NCBI GenBank assembly: GCA_963708135.1
Contig: OY970192.1
Coordinates: forward strand, 4,448,001-4,512,000
DNA from: an uncultured Gemmatimonadales bacterium
GTDB lineage: Bacteria; Gemmatimonadota; Gemmatimonadetes; Longimicrobiales; RSA9
Length of the DNA stretch: 64,000 nt
Direction of reading: 5' to 3'
Below are positions 21,616 through 32,352 of the stretch, one piece after another (positions within the stretch are counted from its first letter, which is position 1; every line of letters starts with the position of its first letter). Below the pieces are notes generated by a model. The model searched no databases, had not been told where the DNA came from, and saw only the letters and a program-made list of their open reading frames with translations. The translations under genes were made by a program, and so were the position numbers.

Positions 21616-21972
21616 GCGAATGGTGGGGTGGGAGGGTGCATCGGGATCCCGGCGGAGCGGCCGGCTGCGCGAATATCGGGCAGCGTCGGCGCGCGGCGCA
21701 AGGAAGTCGGCACGTGGAAGGCGACCCACCAGGCGAGGAGGCAGACCGAAGCGATGACCCACAGCGCCGCGAGCATGCGTCGGTGGAGCGGGCGGAGCCC
21801 GGCATCGGGAGAGCTGGCCAAACTCACGTCGGTGTGTGTGTGTGCTGCCTTGTGATTCCAGAAACATAATGTGCGCGCGGCAGTGGCGGCACGAGTTGCG
21901 GCGGGGCGGGCGCCGGTGCACCTTCTTCCTCGAGTGTCACGCCGCCCCCGTCGCCGGCCGGAGCCGCCCCCG

Positions 21973-22749
21973 ATGCCCGTGACCCGTTGCGTACTCCTGC
22001 TTGCCGCCGCGAGTCTCGCGGCCGCGCCGCTGGCCGCCCAGACGCCGACCCCGAGCGGCGTCGCCGTGCTGAAGCGCATGCATGACGCCTACGCGGGCCG
22101 GTGGTATCGGACGCTCGCCTTCGCGCAGAAAACCACGCGTTACGACTCGGCCGGCACGCCGCACGTCTCCTCCTGGTACGAGCGCCTGCGCCACGATGCC
22201 GCCCGCGGCACGCAGCTCCGCATCGACATCGGCGACCCCGCGGACGGCAACCTGATCCTGTTCACCGCCGACTCGACCTGGCGCGTGCAGGGCGGCCGCC
22301 TCACCAACGCCGTCGCCCACGGCAACGAGTTCCTGCCGCTCATCGAAGGCGTGTACGTGCAGCCGGTCGAGCGCACCGCGCGCGAGCTGCGCGCCATGGG
22401 CTTCGACCTCGACAGGGTGGCGCGGGCGACGTGGCAGGGCCGGCCCGCCTGGGTGGTCGGCGTCTCGGCGCCCGGCGATTCGTCGGCGCCCCAGTTCTGG
22501 GTGGACCGGCAGCGCAACGTCGTCGTGCACGCGCTGTTTCCCGCTTCCGCGGGGAGGCCCGCGCTCGACATCCGGCTGGACGGCTACGTGCGCCTCCAGG
22601 GCGGCTGGCTGGCGACGCGCGTCGCCATGAGCGCCGGCGGCAGACCCGTCCAGAACGAGGAGTACTCGAAGTGGAAGGCCGGGATGGATCTGCCGGCCGG
22701 GCTGTTCGACCCGGCGCAGTGGCCGCCCGCGGGAGGCGCCGCCCCATAG
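21973..22749 (+). CDS. Secreted hypothetical protein (LolA-like fold possible)
   Basis: Signal peptide [23 protein letters not shown]; ends DLPAGLFDP. Confidence 0.72.
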   Translation: MPVTRCVLLLAAASLAAAPLAAQTPTPSGVAVLKRMHDAYAGRWYRTLAFAQKTTRYDSAGTPHVSSWYERLRHDAARGTQLRIDIGDPADGNLILFTADSTWRVQGGRLTNAVAHGNEFLPLIEGVYVQPVERTARELRAMGFDLDRVARATWQGRPAWVVGVSAPGDSSAPQFWVDRQRNVVVHALFPASAGRPALDIRLDGYVRLQGGWLATRVAMSAGGRPVQNEEYSKWKAGMDLPAGLFDPAQWPPAGGAAP

Positions 22750-22924
22750 CGGCCGCCATCCTGAAGCGTCGGTGCGACCCCCTCCGCGCCGCACCGCCGG
22801 CGTGCTCCCGCTCCCGGGGGCGCCTCACCGGTGGTCAAAGACGTGGCGCCAGCATGCGCGTTGCCCTCCCGCGGAGCCGTCACTACGTTCGCGGGCGATG
22901 GCCTCTCCACCCGGGAGCTCGACC

Positions 22925-24466
22925 ATGCACAAGGACGTCACGCGCCGCGAGTTCGTCGCCGGCGCCGCCAAGGCCGCTGCCGCCGCGGCCATCCTCCCAC
23001 GCAGCGCCGCGGCGGCGCTGGGCGGCCGGCACACCGTTCGGGACGACGCGTTGAAGCTCGCCATCATCGGCGCCGGCGGGATGGGGATGAACAACGCGCA
23101 GGCACTCGCGGGCGAGGACATCGTCGCGCTCTGCGATGTGGATTTCGGCTACGTGGACAGGGCGCTGTTCAATTTCCTGCGCGACCGCGACTCGAAGCCG
23201 AAGGAAGAGCAGGAGAAGCTCGCCCGCCTCGAGGCGGTCTACCACTCCGCGCGTCGCTACGGCGACTACCGCGAGCTGCTGGCGAAGGAGAAGCAGCTGG
23301 ACGGCGTCGTCGTCGCCACGCCCGACCACCTGCACGCGGTGATCGCCGCGGCGTTCATGAAGGCGGGCAGGCACGTCTACGTGCAGAAGCCGCTCACGCA
23401 CTCCGTCGAGGAGGCCCGGACGCTGCGGGATCTCGCGCGCACCACGGGCGTGGTCACGCAGATGGGCAATCAGGGGCACTCGAGCGACGACGCGCGCCGC
23501 ATCAACGAGTGGGTCCAGGCGGGCATCATCGGCCCCGTTCGCGAGGTGCACGTCTGGACCAACCGCCCGATCTGGCCTCAGGGCCTGCCTCGCCCGGGCC
23601 AGCCGGCGCCGGCGCCGTCGCCCGCGCAGGCCGTAGAGCAGAAGGGCGCGCCGAAGCTCCCGCCGCGCAAGGTGACGCAGCCCTGGAACGGCCGCTCGGT
23701 GAGCAACGCGGTCGCCATGGCGCTCGGGGACCCGCCGGCCAGCGCTCCCTTCGACTGGAGCCTCTACCTCGGCCCCGTCCCGGACGTGCCCTACCACCCG
23801 ATCTACCACCCGTTCAACTGGCGCGGCTGGCTGGAGTTCGGCACGGGCGCGCTCGGCGACATGGGCGCCCACCTCATCGACCACCCGTACTGGGCGCTCG
23901 GGCTCGAGTACCCCACGAGCATCGAGGCCACGTCGTCGCCATTCGGCGGGCCGCACGACCATCCGGCGTCCTATCCCGTGGCCAAGACGGTGCACTACCA
24001 GTTTCCCGCGCGCGGCAGCCAGCCGCCCGTCCGGCTCTCGTGGTACGATGGCGGGCTCATGCCGCCGCGGCGCGAGCTGCTCCCCTTCGACCTCGCGCTC
24101 GACCGGACCGGCGGCGTCATGTTCGTGGGGGACAAGGGAATCCTGCTGCACGAGACCTACGGCGCCAACCCGCGCATCCTCCCGGAGTCACTCATGGAGG
24201 AGGCGGTGGCCGTGGCGAAGACCTATCCGCGCGTGGTCGGCTCTCACGAGCAGAACTGGGTGGACGCCATGCGCGGGAAGACGAAGGCGACGTCGCCCTT
24301 CGAGTACTCCGCGCGCCTCACCGAGGTCATGCTCCTCGGCATCGTCGCGCTGCGCACCGGGCAGGGCCGCAAGATCTTCTACGACGGCGACGCGGGGCGC
24401 GTGACCAACGCCGCCGAGGCCAACCAGTACCTGAAGGCCGACTACCGTTCGGGATGGGAGCCATGA
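22925..24466 (+). CDS. Tat-exported Gfo/Idh/MocA oxidoreductase
   Basis: TRREFV Tat motif; [27 protein letters not shown] and GDMGAH. Confidence 0.92.
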   Translation: MHKDVTRREFVAGAAKAAAAAAILPRSAAAALGGRHTVRDDALKLAIIGAGGMGMNNAQALAGEDIVALCDVDFGYVDRALFNFLRDRDSKPKEEQEKLARLEAVYHSARRYGDYRELLAKEKQLDGVVVATPDHLHAVIAAAFMKAGRHVYVQKPLTHSVEEARTLRDLARTTGVVTQMGNQGHSSDDARRINEWVQAGIIGPVREVHVWTNRPIWPQGLPRPGQPAPAPSPAQAVEQKGAPKLPPRKVTQPWNGRSVSNAVAMALGDPPASAPFDWSLYLGPVPDVPYHPIYHPFNWRGWLEFGTGALGDMGAHLIDHPYWALGLEYPTSIEATSSPFGGPHDHPASYPVAKTVHYQFPARGSQPPVRLSWYDGGLMPPRRELLPFDLALDRTGGVMFVGDKGILLHETYGANPRILPESLMEEAVAVAKTYPRVVGSHEQNWVDAMRGKTKATSPFEYSARLTEVMLLGIVALRTGQGRKIFYDGDAGRVTNAAEANQYLKADYRSGWEP

Positions 24467-25272
24467 ACAGACTCTGGCGGAGTGCCGCCCGCACGGGCGC
24501 GGCGGCGGGAGCGATGATCGTGATCCTCGGAAGCGGCAGCCCGGCCCAGTCCGTGACGCTCACGCCCGACCTGGGCACCTGGCCCCAGCACGCCCTCGAC
24601 CGGCCGCAGCCGCCGGTCGTGGACCCGGGCCCGGAGCGCGCGCCGGTCCCGGCGCCGTCGGACGCGGTCGTGCTGTTCGACGGCCACGACCTCTCGAAGT
24701 GGCGCTCCGAGAAGGGCGGCCCCGCGCCGTGGACGGTGCGCGACGGCTACTTCGAGGTGGCGCCCGGAACCGGCATGCTCGTCACGGCCGAGCCCTTCGG
24801 CGACTGCCAGCTCCACATCGAGTTCTCGGAGCCGACCCCGCCGAAGGGAGACAGCCAGGACCGCGGCAACAGCGGCGTCTACCTGATGGGACGCTACGAG
24901 GTGCAGGTCCTCGATTCCTACCACAACAGGACCTACCCCGACGGCCAGGCTGGCGCCATCTACGGGCAGCACCCGCCGCTGGTCAACGCCAGCCGGCCGC
25001 CCGGCCAGTGGCAGGCGTACGACATCATCTTCCACGGCCCGCGCTTCGATGACGCCGGCAAGCTGCTGCGCCCCGCGCGCATGACCGTGCTCCACAACGG
25101 CGTGCTCGTGCAGGACGATGCCGTGCTGTCCGGCCCCACGGCCCACCAGCAGCGGCCGCCGTACGAGGCGCATCCCGAGAAGCTGCCGCTCGAGCTCCAG
25201 GACCACGGCAACCAGGTGCGCTACCGCGACGTCTGGATCCGGCCCCTGAAGGCGGCCGAGCCCGCGTCCTAG
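24463..25272 (+). CDS. DUF1080 family protein
   Basis: [24 protein letters not shown] and LQDHG; ATGA overlap with the oxidoreductase. Confidence 0.9.
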   Translation: MNRLWRSAARTGAAAGAMIVILGSGSPAQSVTLTPDLGTWPQHALDRPQPPVVDPGPERAPVPAPSDAVVLFDGHDLSKWRSEKGGPAPWTVRDGYFEVAPGTGMLVTAEPFGDCQLHIEFSEPTPPKGDSQDRGNSGVYLMGRYEVQVLDSYHNRTYPDGQAGAIYGQHPPLVNASRPPGQWQAYDIIFHGPRFDDAGKLLRPARMTVLHNGVLVQDDAVLSGPTAHQQRPPYEAHPEKLPLELQDHGNQVRYRDVWIRPLKAAEPAS

Positions 25273-25321
25273 GTGGGCACCGGAGCGGCGGCGGCTCCGG
25301 CGGAACGAGAGGGAGGCGCCC

Positions 25322-26032
25322 ATGGCGGATGAATCCGGTACCGCGGCGAGCGTGGCCCTCGAGGTGCCGATGGAGCCCGCGGCCGCGTTCGATGCCATCG
25401 TCAGTGAGCTCCGGTCTGCGCTCGTACGCCGACCCGCTCTACCACCGGCCGATGTTCGGCGCGATCCTGGCCGAGCTCTCCCTCGGCCCGTCGGACGTCC
25501 TGCTCGACGTGGGCTGCGGGGGCGGCGCACTGCGCGCCGACGCGCTTCGGAGCGGCTGCCGCGGGGCCGGGATCGACCACAGCCCCGAGTGCTACGCGTG
25601 GCCCGCGAGGCCAACGCGGGCGCGATCGCCGAGGGCCGGCTCGACCTCCGCGAGGCCTCCGCCGAGTCGATCCCGTTCCCGGACGGCACCTTCACCTGCG
25701 CCACAATCCACGCCGTGCTCGGGTTCCTGCCCGACCCCGTGGCGGTGCTGGCGGAGGTGCGCAGAGTGCTGGCTCCTGGCGGGCGGCTGATGGTGCTCGG
25801 CAGCGATCCGGCGCTCCGGGGGACCCCGGCGGCCCCGGAGCCGATGGCGTCCCGGCTCCGCTTCTACGAGACCGACGAGCTTCGCGAGCTCGGCCGCCGC
25901 GCCGGTTTCGAGAGTGCCCGCGTCGAGCGGCGGCCGGTGGAGCGGTTCGCCCGCGAGGCCGGCGTGCCCGGGGAGCACCTGCCGATGTTTGCCGGCCCCG
26001 GCCCGGAGTTCCTGTTGGCGCGGAAGGGGTGA
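25322..26032 (+). pseudogene. Degraded class I SAM methyltransferase with two frame breaks
   Basis: SAM motif LLDVGCGGG is in a different frame (~25425-25590) from the start and from the C-terminal ASAESIPFPDGTF...VLAPGGRL. Confidence 0.78.
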
Positions 26033-26279
26033 GGGGCCGGCGTCACGCTGTCGCGACCGGGGCACCGGCCGGGTCAGCCAGGAGGTGCTCCCGGCCCCGG
26101 CGCGTCCGCGTCGAGCCGAAGCACGCCGGGTCCCGGCCGCGGCTGTCCCGCGCCCGCGGGGGAAGGCGACGAGGAGCCCGGTTCGGCGGCGACACGTCTT
26201 CGTTGCTCCCGCGCCGGAGCGGATCTAAACTTCGACGGGGGCGTTGCGCTCCGCCGCTTGCCCGGGAAACAACGGAGGC

Positions 26280-26882
26280 ATGATGTCGGCGGCTGCCGAC
26301 GAACACGCCATCACCGAGGTGCTCGCCGAGCTGCGGGAGGGCGTTCCGGGTGCCATGGACCGGCTCGTCCCGCTCGTCTATTCCGACCTCGCGCGGATCG
26401 CTCACCGGCAGCTGGGACTGGAGGCATCCGGCCACACCCTCTCCACGCGCGAGCTCGTCCACGAGACCTATCTCCGGCTCGTGGACCAGACGCGCGTCCA
26501 GTGGGCCGATCGGGCGCACTTCTTCGCGATCGCCGCGCACGTGATGCGGCGCGTGCTGGTGGACCATGCCCGCCGCCATGGCGCCGCCCGGAGGGGCGGC
26601 ACGCAGCGGCGCCCGGTCTCGCTCGAGGCGCTCGAGACAGTGGACGTCGCGAGCATCGGCGTCGATGAGCGGGCCGATCTGCTCGTGGCCATGGATGAGG
26701 CGCTGGACCGGCTGGCGGCGCTGGACCGGCGGCAGGCGCGGGTGATCGAGTTCCGCTTCTTCGGGGGCTTCACCGAGGAGGAGACGGCCGACGCGCTGGG
26801 GGTCACGGCCCGGACCGTGGCGCGGGACTGGGTGAAGGCGCGGGGCTGGCTCTACCAGACGCTGGGCGACGATGCCGCGTGA
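26280..26882 (+). CDS. ECF sigma factor, kinase-associated (TIGR02999-like)
   Basis: ITEVLAEL...LVPLVYSDLARIA, HTLSTRELVHETYL and TVARDWVKARGWL. Confidence 0.92.
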   Translation: MMSAAADEHAITEVLAELREGVPGAMDRLVPLVYSDLARIAHRQLGLEASGHTLSTRELVHETYLRLVDQTRVQWADRAHFFAIAAHVMRRVLVDHARRHGAARRGGTQRRPVSLEALETVDVASIGVDERADLLVAMDEALDRLAALDRRQARVIEFRFFGGFTEEETADALGVTARTVARDWVKARGWLYQTLGDDAA

Positions 26883-26943
26883 GCCGCTCGCCCGGAGCTC
26901 GTGACCGCCCGGGCGGCCGCTGCCCCCGCGGGCGAGGTCTACC

Positions 26944-29685
26944 ATGGTTGCCGATCACTGGATGCGAGTGGAGCGCGCGCTGGATGCCGCGCTCGAGAGC
27001 GACCCCGCGCTCTGGCCTGCGGTCCTCGATGAGACGTGTGGCGAGGACGAGGAGGTGCGCCGCGAGGTCGAGGACCTGCTCGCCCGATACCGGACGGCGC
27101 AGCGGTTCCTCGAATCGCCCCCGGCCGCCGCGGCGGCCGCGCTCGTGGCGGAGGCGCAGGACGCTTCGGGCACCGCGGTGGGCCGGCGCATCGGGGCCTA
27201 CCGGCTGGTCCGCGAGATCGGCCGCGGCGGGATGGCCCGCGTCTTCCTCGCCGAGCGCGCGGACGGGCAGTTCTCGCAGCGCGTCGCGCTCAAGCTGCTG
27301 CGGCCGGGCCTCGACACGGAGCTCGACCGCGCGCGCTTCCGCGCCGAACGACAGATCCTGGCATCGTTCAGCCATCCCAACATCGCGCGGCTGCTCGACG
27401 GCGGCGTCACGGACGGAGGCGCGCCCTACCTGGTGCTCGAGCACGTGGACGGCCGGCCGATCGACCGCTACTGCGAGGAGCGCCGCCTGCCGCTGCGGGC
27501 GCGCATCGAGCTGTTCCTCACGGTGGCGGAAGCCACGCAGCACGCCCACCGCAACCTGGTGATCCACCGCGACCTCAAGCCGTCCAACATCTTCGTCACC
27601 GCCAATGGGGCGGTGAAGCTGCTCGACTTCGGGCTCGCCCGGCTGCTGGACCCGGAGGAGGACCCGGCCAGCAGGCTGACGCGCACCGGCCAGCGCTGGA
27701 TGACGCCGGAGTACGCCGCGCCCGAGCAGATCCTGGGGGAGCCCGCGACGACGGTGACCGACGTCTATCAGCTCGGCGCCGTGCTCTACGAGCTGCTCGC
27801 CGGCTGCCTGCCGTTCCCACCCGCGGCCGGCGGTCGCAGGCAGCTCGAGGCGGCCATCCTGCGCCGGGATCCTGTGCCGCCGTCCGCCGCGGCGGCGCAG
27901 CCCGGCTCGCGGGTCCCGGAGCCCGGCGCCGGCCGGGCGCTGCGCGGAGACCTCGATGCCATCGTGCTGAAGGCGATGAGCAAGGAGCCCGATCGGCGCT
28001 ACGCCTCCGCCGCGGCGCTGCGCGAGGACCTGGAGCGCCATCTCGCCGGCCGCCCGGTACGCGCGCGGGCCTATGGCAGCATTTCGCGCCTGAGGAGGTT
28101 CGTCCGCCGCAACGTCGAGGTCGCCATGGCGACCGGCCTCACCGCGGTGGCCCTCCTGGCCGCGACGGGATTCTCGCTGCATGGCATGCGCGTGGCCCGG
28201 CGCGAGCGCGACGTCGCCGCCCTCGAGCGGCAGCGCGCAACGGCGCAGGCGGACTTCGAGAGCCTGCTCCTGTCGGAGGTGGGGGATCGGCCGGTCGCGA
28301 TGCGCGAGGTGCTCGACTCGGGACGGGTCCTGCTGGAGCGCCGCTACGCGCGCGATCCGGCGCTTCTCGGCGCGATGCTGATGCAGCTCGAGAGCCGGTA
28401 CGGCGAGCTGGGCGACACGAAGGTGCGCGGCGAGCTGCTGGCGCACGCGGAGCGGCTGGCGCTTGCGGGCACGGGCGAGATTTCCGTGGCGAGGGTGCGC
28501 TGCGAGATCGCCGACAACCTGCGCCTGGACGGCAGCTACGATGCGGCGTGGCGCACGCTGAACGCGGCCGATTCCCTGCTCGGCGGACACCCCGATCCGC
28601 GCGACCTCGCCGGCTGCCTCTCCGTGCGCGCCACGCTCGGCCTGGAAACGGGGCGGGAACGCGAGAGCGTCGGCGCCGCCCGCCGCGCCATCGCCATCAA
28701 GGAGGCGCTCGGCCAGACCGTCGATCTCGAGTACATCGGCCTGCTCAACGCGCTCGCCGCCGCGCTCGACGGCGTGGGACAGCCGCGCAATGCCGTCGCC
28801 ATGTACCAGCGCCTCGTCGCCACGCTGGACAGCAGCGGCCGGGGCGGCAGCCTCCAGCATGCGATCGTCCGCCACGACCTCGCCATCACGCTGCTGGAGC
28901 TCGGCGAGACGGCCGAGGCCGAGCGGATCCTCCATGACGCGCTCGTCCGCTCGCTGAGCAGCGACCCGGGCGGCCGCATCATCTACCAGCCGGCCATCCA
29001 CTACGCGGAGGCGGCGCTCGCGCAGGAGCACCCGGACTCGGCCCTCGAGTACTTCGGGCGGATCCTCGCCCAGGCGACGACCGAGGGCAGCCAGTACTGG
29101 CAGGGACGCGGCCTGTTCGGGCTGGCGCGCGCGCAGATCCGCCTCGGCCGGCTCGCGGAGGCGAACCGGACCAGCGCCCGCTTCGCTCGCGTAGCCGCCG
29201 GTTACCCGAAGCTCAAGGGCACCGACGACCTCGTGCCGGACACCGGAATCCTCGCGGGGCTGCGCGCGGTTGCGGCAGGCGACACGGCGGCCGCCCGTGC
29301 CGACCTGCTGGAGGCGCTGCGCTCGAACGGCTACTTCCGCGGCGAGCACCGCCGCCGGCTGCGGCCCGCCGTGGTGCTGCTCGCGGAGTGCGACCTCGCC
29401 CTCGGCCGCCGCCGCGAGGCGCTCTCCCTCGCCCGCGAGGTTCGGGCTGTCGCCGCCGTCGATTCACTGGCGGACGCGCGCAGCGCGTACGTCGGAGAGG
29501 CCCGCCTCGTCGAGGCCCGGGCGCTGCTCGCGCTCGCGGACTCCGCCGGGGCGCGGGAGACGCTCGCGCGCGCGCTCGTCGCCCTCCGCTCCGGTGCCGG
29601 TGCCGGGCACCCCCGCACGCGGGAGGCCGCGGCGCTCGCGGCGCGGATCGCGAAGCCAGCGCCCGCCGGCGACGCCGGCTCCTGA
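26944..29685 (+). CDS. Membrane Ser/Thr kinase with extracytoplasmic TPRs
   Basis: IGRGGMARV, HRDLKPSN, DFG, YAAPEQ and GDLDAIVLKA; one TM segment, then TPR-like helices. Confidence 0.92.
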   Translation: MVADHWMRVERALDAALESDPALWPAVLDETCGEDEEVRREVEDLLARYRTAQRFLESPPAAAAAALVAEAQDASGTAVGRRIGAYRLVREIGRGGMARVFLAERADGQFSQRVALKLLRPGLDTELDRARFRAERQILASFSHPNIARLLDGGVTDGGAPYLVLEHVDGRPIDRYCEERRLPLRARIELFLTVAEATQHAHRNLVIHRDLKPSNIFVTANGAVKLLDFGLARLLDPEEDPASRLTRTGQRWMTPEYAAPEQILGEPATTVTDVYQLGAVLYELLAGCLPFPPAAGGRRQLEAAILRRDPVPPSAAAAQPGSRVPEPGAGRALRGDLDAIVLKAMSKEPDRRYASAAALREDLERHLAGRPVRARAYGSISRLRRFVRRNVEVAMATGLTAVALLAATGFSLHGMRVARRERDVAALERQRATAQADFESLLLSEVGDRPVAMREVLDSGRVLLERRYARDPALLGAMLMQLESRYGELGDTKVRGELLAHAERLALAGTGEISVARVRCEIADNLRLDGSYDAAWRTLNAADSLLGGHPDPRDLAGCLSVRATLGLETGRERESVGAARRAIAIKEALGQTVDLEYIGLLNALAAALDGVGQPRNAVAMYQRLVATLDSSGRGGSLQHAIVRHDLAITLLELGETAEAERILHDALVRSLSSDPGGRIIYQPAIHYAEAALAQEHPDSALEYFGRILAQATTEGSQYWQGRGLFGLARAQIRLGRLAEANRTSARFARVAAGYPKLKGTDDLVPDTGILAGLRAVAAGDTAAARADLLEALRSNGYFRGEHRRRLRPAVVLLAECDLALGRRREALSLAREVRAVAAVDSLADARSAYVGEARLVEARALLALADSAGARETLARALVALRSGAGAGHPRTREAAALAARIAKPAPAGDAGS

Positions 29686-29783
29686 ACCAGGAGGACACGC
29701 CCTTCAGCCCGATGTCGGGTCCGTCCGCCCTTCTGCGTATGACGGGATGAAGACCATCCCCCCCTCACGCGCGGAGGCTCCCC

Positions 29784-31427
29784 ATGCGGATCGGACCCCG
29801 GACCATTGCGCCAGCGCTCGCCGCGGCGGCGCTGCTCGCGACGGCATCGTGCAGCGACCGCCCCCTGCCGACCATCACCGAGAAGCCGCAGGCGGCGGTG
29901 ACGGCCGCGTCGCCGAACAACATGAAGGTCAAGGTGAAGCAGCTGCAGCTCGACGCCAACACCCTGCGGATCGATGGCCCCGTCGACAGCGGCTACGTCA
30001 GCATCGGCAACTCCGGGACGGCCATCCAGAGCGGCGTCGAGATCGTTGCCGAGATCACCCAGGGCGCGGCTTCGCGGCGGGCCATGAAGCGCATCGTCAA
30101 CTGCGCGCCGAGCCAGGATCCGGAGCAGGACGGCTTCCTGCCGAGCGGCACGTGCGAGCTCCGCTTCGCCGCCACGGCGTGGAACAATAGCCTGCCGGGA
30201 GAGGGGATCCTCGCCCCCGGCGCCGCGGACTTCACCCTGCACGTCCTGCAGGCACAGGACGGGACGGAGCTGGCCAGCAAGTCGGTCGCCGTCAACCTCG
30301 TGGGAACCCCGAGCATCCTGTCCATCGAGCTCGCCAGCACGACGATCGCCATCGACGGGCCGTCCACCACCTACACGGCCATCATCCAGAACCCGGCGAA
30401 GGACCTCCAGAACGTGCTGCTCCAGGGCTACATCGTGCAGACCATCGGGGGCGTGAGCGTGACGCATCCGGCCGGCGGCACGCTCGTCATCTGCGGCGGA
30501 GGCATCGGCGTGTTCCCGGGCGGGAGCTGCACGGTCACGTTCAGCGTGGGCGCATCGAACGCGAACGGTGTCGGAACCCTCGTTCCCGGCGCCGCGCTGT
30601 TCGAGCTCGACCTGAACCAGAGCAGCACGAACTTCGACGTGAGGACGGTGCCGGTCACGCTCGACTCGGGCGCGCCGAAGATCACGAGCCTGACGCTCGC
30701 GTCCACGCAGGTCGTGATCGGCGGCGACCACGTCGGCTGGACCGCCGAGCTGCAGAACTACGGCTTCCCGCTCGACAACGTGCTGCTCCAGGGCTACGTC
30801 GTGCAGACGACCCAGAGCGGGACGGCGGAGACACCGGCGGGCGGCGTCAGCGTCAGCTGCGGCGCGGGCACGGGCGTCCTGCCCACCACCGCCCAGTGCA
30901 CGGTCAGCTTCAACATGAGCGCGTCGAGCGGCCCTGGCGGCACGCTGGTTCCGGGTGTCGCCCGCTTCGTCCTGCACATGTACAAGACCGGCGGCACGCT
31001 CACGGAGCTCGACAGCGCGAGCGTCAACATCTTCCTGACGGATGCCAGCGGGTGCTTCCCGGGGCTGCCGAAGCCGCAGGTCACGGTCGAGAGCCGCACC
31101 TGGGACAACGGCTTCGATCACGTCGAGCTGGACGTCCCGAACTACAGCTCGTTCCCCGACGCGCTGTTCGCGCCCGCGCCCAACCTGGAGGCGTGCGGCC
31201 TCAACACGAGTTCGCCGCGCTCGTGGGTGAACATCCTGCGGGCGGACGATCGCTCCTACGTCTTCGGCTTCTGTTCCTTCGGGCAGGCGTCGGACCTGAA
31301 CCTGCTCTGGTACTCGTGGCCGCTGGACCAGTCGCCGCCCGCGGCGATCATCGTCCAGATCGAGGACAGGCAGTGCAACCTGACCTACGAGTCCGATCCG
31401 GTCACGCTGCCGGCCGTGATCCAGTAG
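29784..31427 (+). CDS. Lipoprotein with three tandem beta-sandwich repeats and a Cys-containing C-terminal domain
   Basis: TASC lipobox; repeated NVLLQGY.VQT...PAGG..V.CG.G.GV.P...CTV.F...GTLVPG.A.F.L. Confidence 0.82.
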   Translation: MRIGPRTIAPALAAAALLATASCSDRPLPTITEKPQAAVTAASPNNMKVKVKQLQLDANTLRIDGPVDSGYVSIGNSGTAIQSGVEIVAEITQGAASRRAMKRIVNCAPSQDPEQDGFLPSGTCELRFAATAWNNSLPGEGILAPGAADFTLHVLQAQDGTELASKSVAVNLVGTPSILSIELASTTIAIDGPSTTYTAIIQNPAKDLQNVLLQGYIVQTIGGVSVTHPAGGTLVICGGGIGVFPGGSCTVTFSVGASNANGVGTLVPGAALFELDLNQSSTNFDVRTVPVTLDSGAPKITSLTLASTQVVIGGDHVGWTAELQNYGFPLDNVLLQGYVVQTTQSGTAETPAGGVSVSCGAGTGVLPTTAQCTVSFNMSASSGPGGTLVPGVARFVLHMYKTGGTLTELDSASVNIFLTDASGCFPGLPKPQVTVESRTWDNGFDHVELDVPNYSSFPDALFAPAPNLEACGLNTSSPRSWVNILRADDRSYVFGFCSFGQASDLNLLWYSWPLDQSPPAAIIVQIEDRQCNLTYESDPVTLPAVIQ

Positions 31428-31539
31428 CACCGGCGCTCGCCGCCGGACGCATGCGCCGCGGCGCGCCGCAATCCTCGCGGCGCGCCGCGGAGGAGCGCGG
31501 CGACCGGGTCGCTCCGCTCCGGAGCTGCATCGCGACCCG

Positions 31540-32097
31540 TCAGCCGCCCCGCGGCCGGCCCGATGCGTGGCCCGGGTCCAGCTCGCGCAGCAGGAACAGC
31601 TTGGCCTTGACCCAGTCGCGCTCGACCGTACGGGGCGTGACCCCGAGCATCTCCGCCACCTCGTGCTCGGGCACACCGCCGAAGAAGCGCAGCTCCACGA
31701 CCCGGCGCAGCCGTTCGTTCAGCGCGTCCAGCTGGTTCAGCGCGCTGTCCAGCGCGAGCAGCTCCTCGAGCTCGACCTGCAGCGTGGCCTCCGCGTCGCT
31801 CAGCGAGATCCGCTGCCAGCCCCGACCACGCTTCGCCGCGCCGCGCCGGCGCGCGAAATCCGTGAGTACCTGACGCATCGCCCGCGCGGCCGCCCCGAAG
31901 AAGTGCGCCCGGCTCTGCCATCCGGCCCCCGGGTCGTGTGCCAGCCTCAGGAACGCCTCGTGGACGAGCTCCGTCGTACACAGCGTGGCGCCGGCGCCCG
32001 CCGCGCGCAGGCGCTGATGGGCGAGGCGCTTCAGCTCCTCGTAGACGATCGGGACGAGCGCATCCGTCGCCGAGGGACCCGGGGTGTGATCCGGCAT
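31540..32097 (-). CDS. ECF sigma factor (TIGR02999-like) with no adjacent kinase
   Basis: LVPIVYEELKRLAH, TLCTTELVHEAFL and TVERDWVKAKLFL. Confidence 0.9.
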   Translation of the reverse strand: MPDHTPGPSATDALVPIVYEELKRLAHQRLRAAGAGATLCTTELVHEAFLRLAHDPGAGWQSRAHFFGAAARAMRQVLTDFARRRGAAKRGRGWQRISLSDAEATLQVELEELLALDSALNQLDALNERLRRVVELRFFGGVPEHEVAEMLGVTPRTVERDWVKAKLFLLRELDPGHASGRPRGG

Positions 32098-32194
32098 GAG
32101 GCGTCACGGCGCGAGGGTTCCGCCGGCGACAGGCGGCGGAAGGGAGTAGGCAGCCACGGCAATAATGGGCGGTCGCCGAACTCAGGCGCAATCC

Positions 32195-32343
32195 CTACCT
32201 GGCCGCCCCGACCGTGACACGCTCCCGCCCGCCGCGCAGCGTCCGCTGGTGCAGACCAGCAGAGTCTCGCCCGCGGGGAGATCGAGCGTGGTCGTGAGCG
32301 GGTGGCCGGGGTAGGCGAAGAGCGCGGCGAAGTCCTCGTCGGG
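32195..32343 (-). pseudogene. Probable 3' remnant of an unidentified gene
   Basis: Coding-like, G/C-ending codons PDEDFAALFAYPGHPLTTTLDLPAG; no start; apparent frameshift before the stop. Confidence 0.35.
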
Positions 32344-32352
32344 AGGTGGGCC

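Noticed and set aside
20177..21805. N-terminal extension making the FAD oxidase 1056 aa
   Set aside because: Overlaps two better same-strand genes in other frames; low-complexity Arg/Ala/Gly translation
21561..21827. Minus-strand peptide with hydrophobic stretch MLAALWVIASVCLLAWWVAF
   Set aside because: No clear RBS and it overlaps the next gene's start; may be a small protein or remnant but is unsupported
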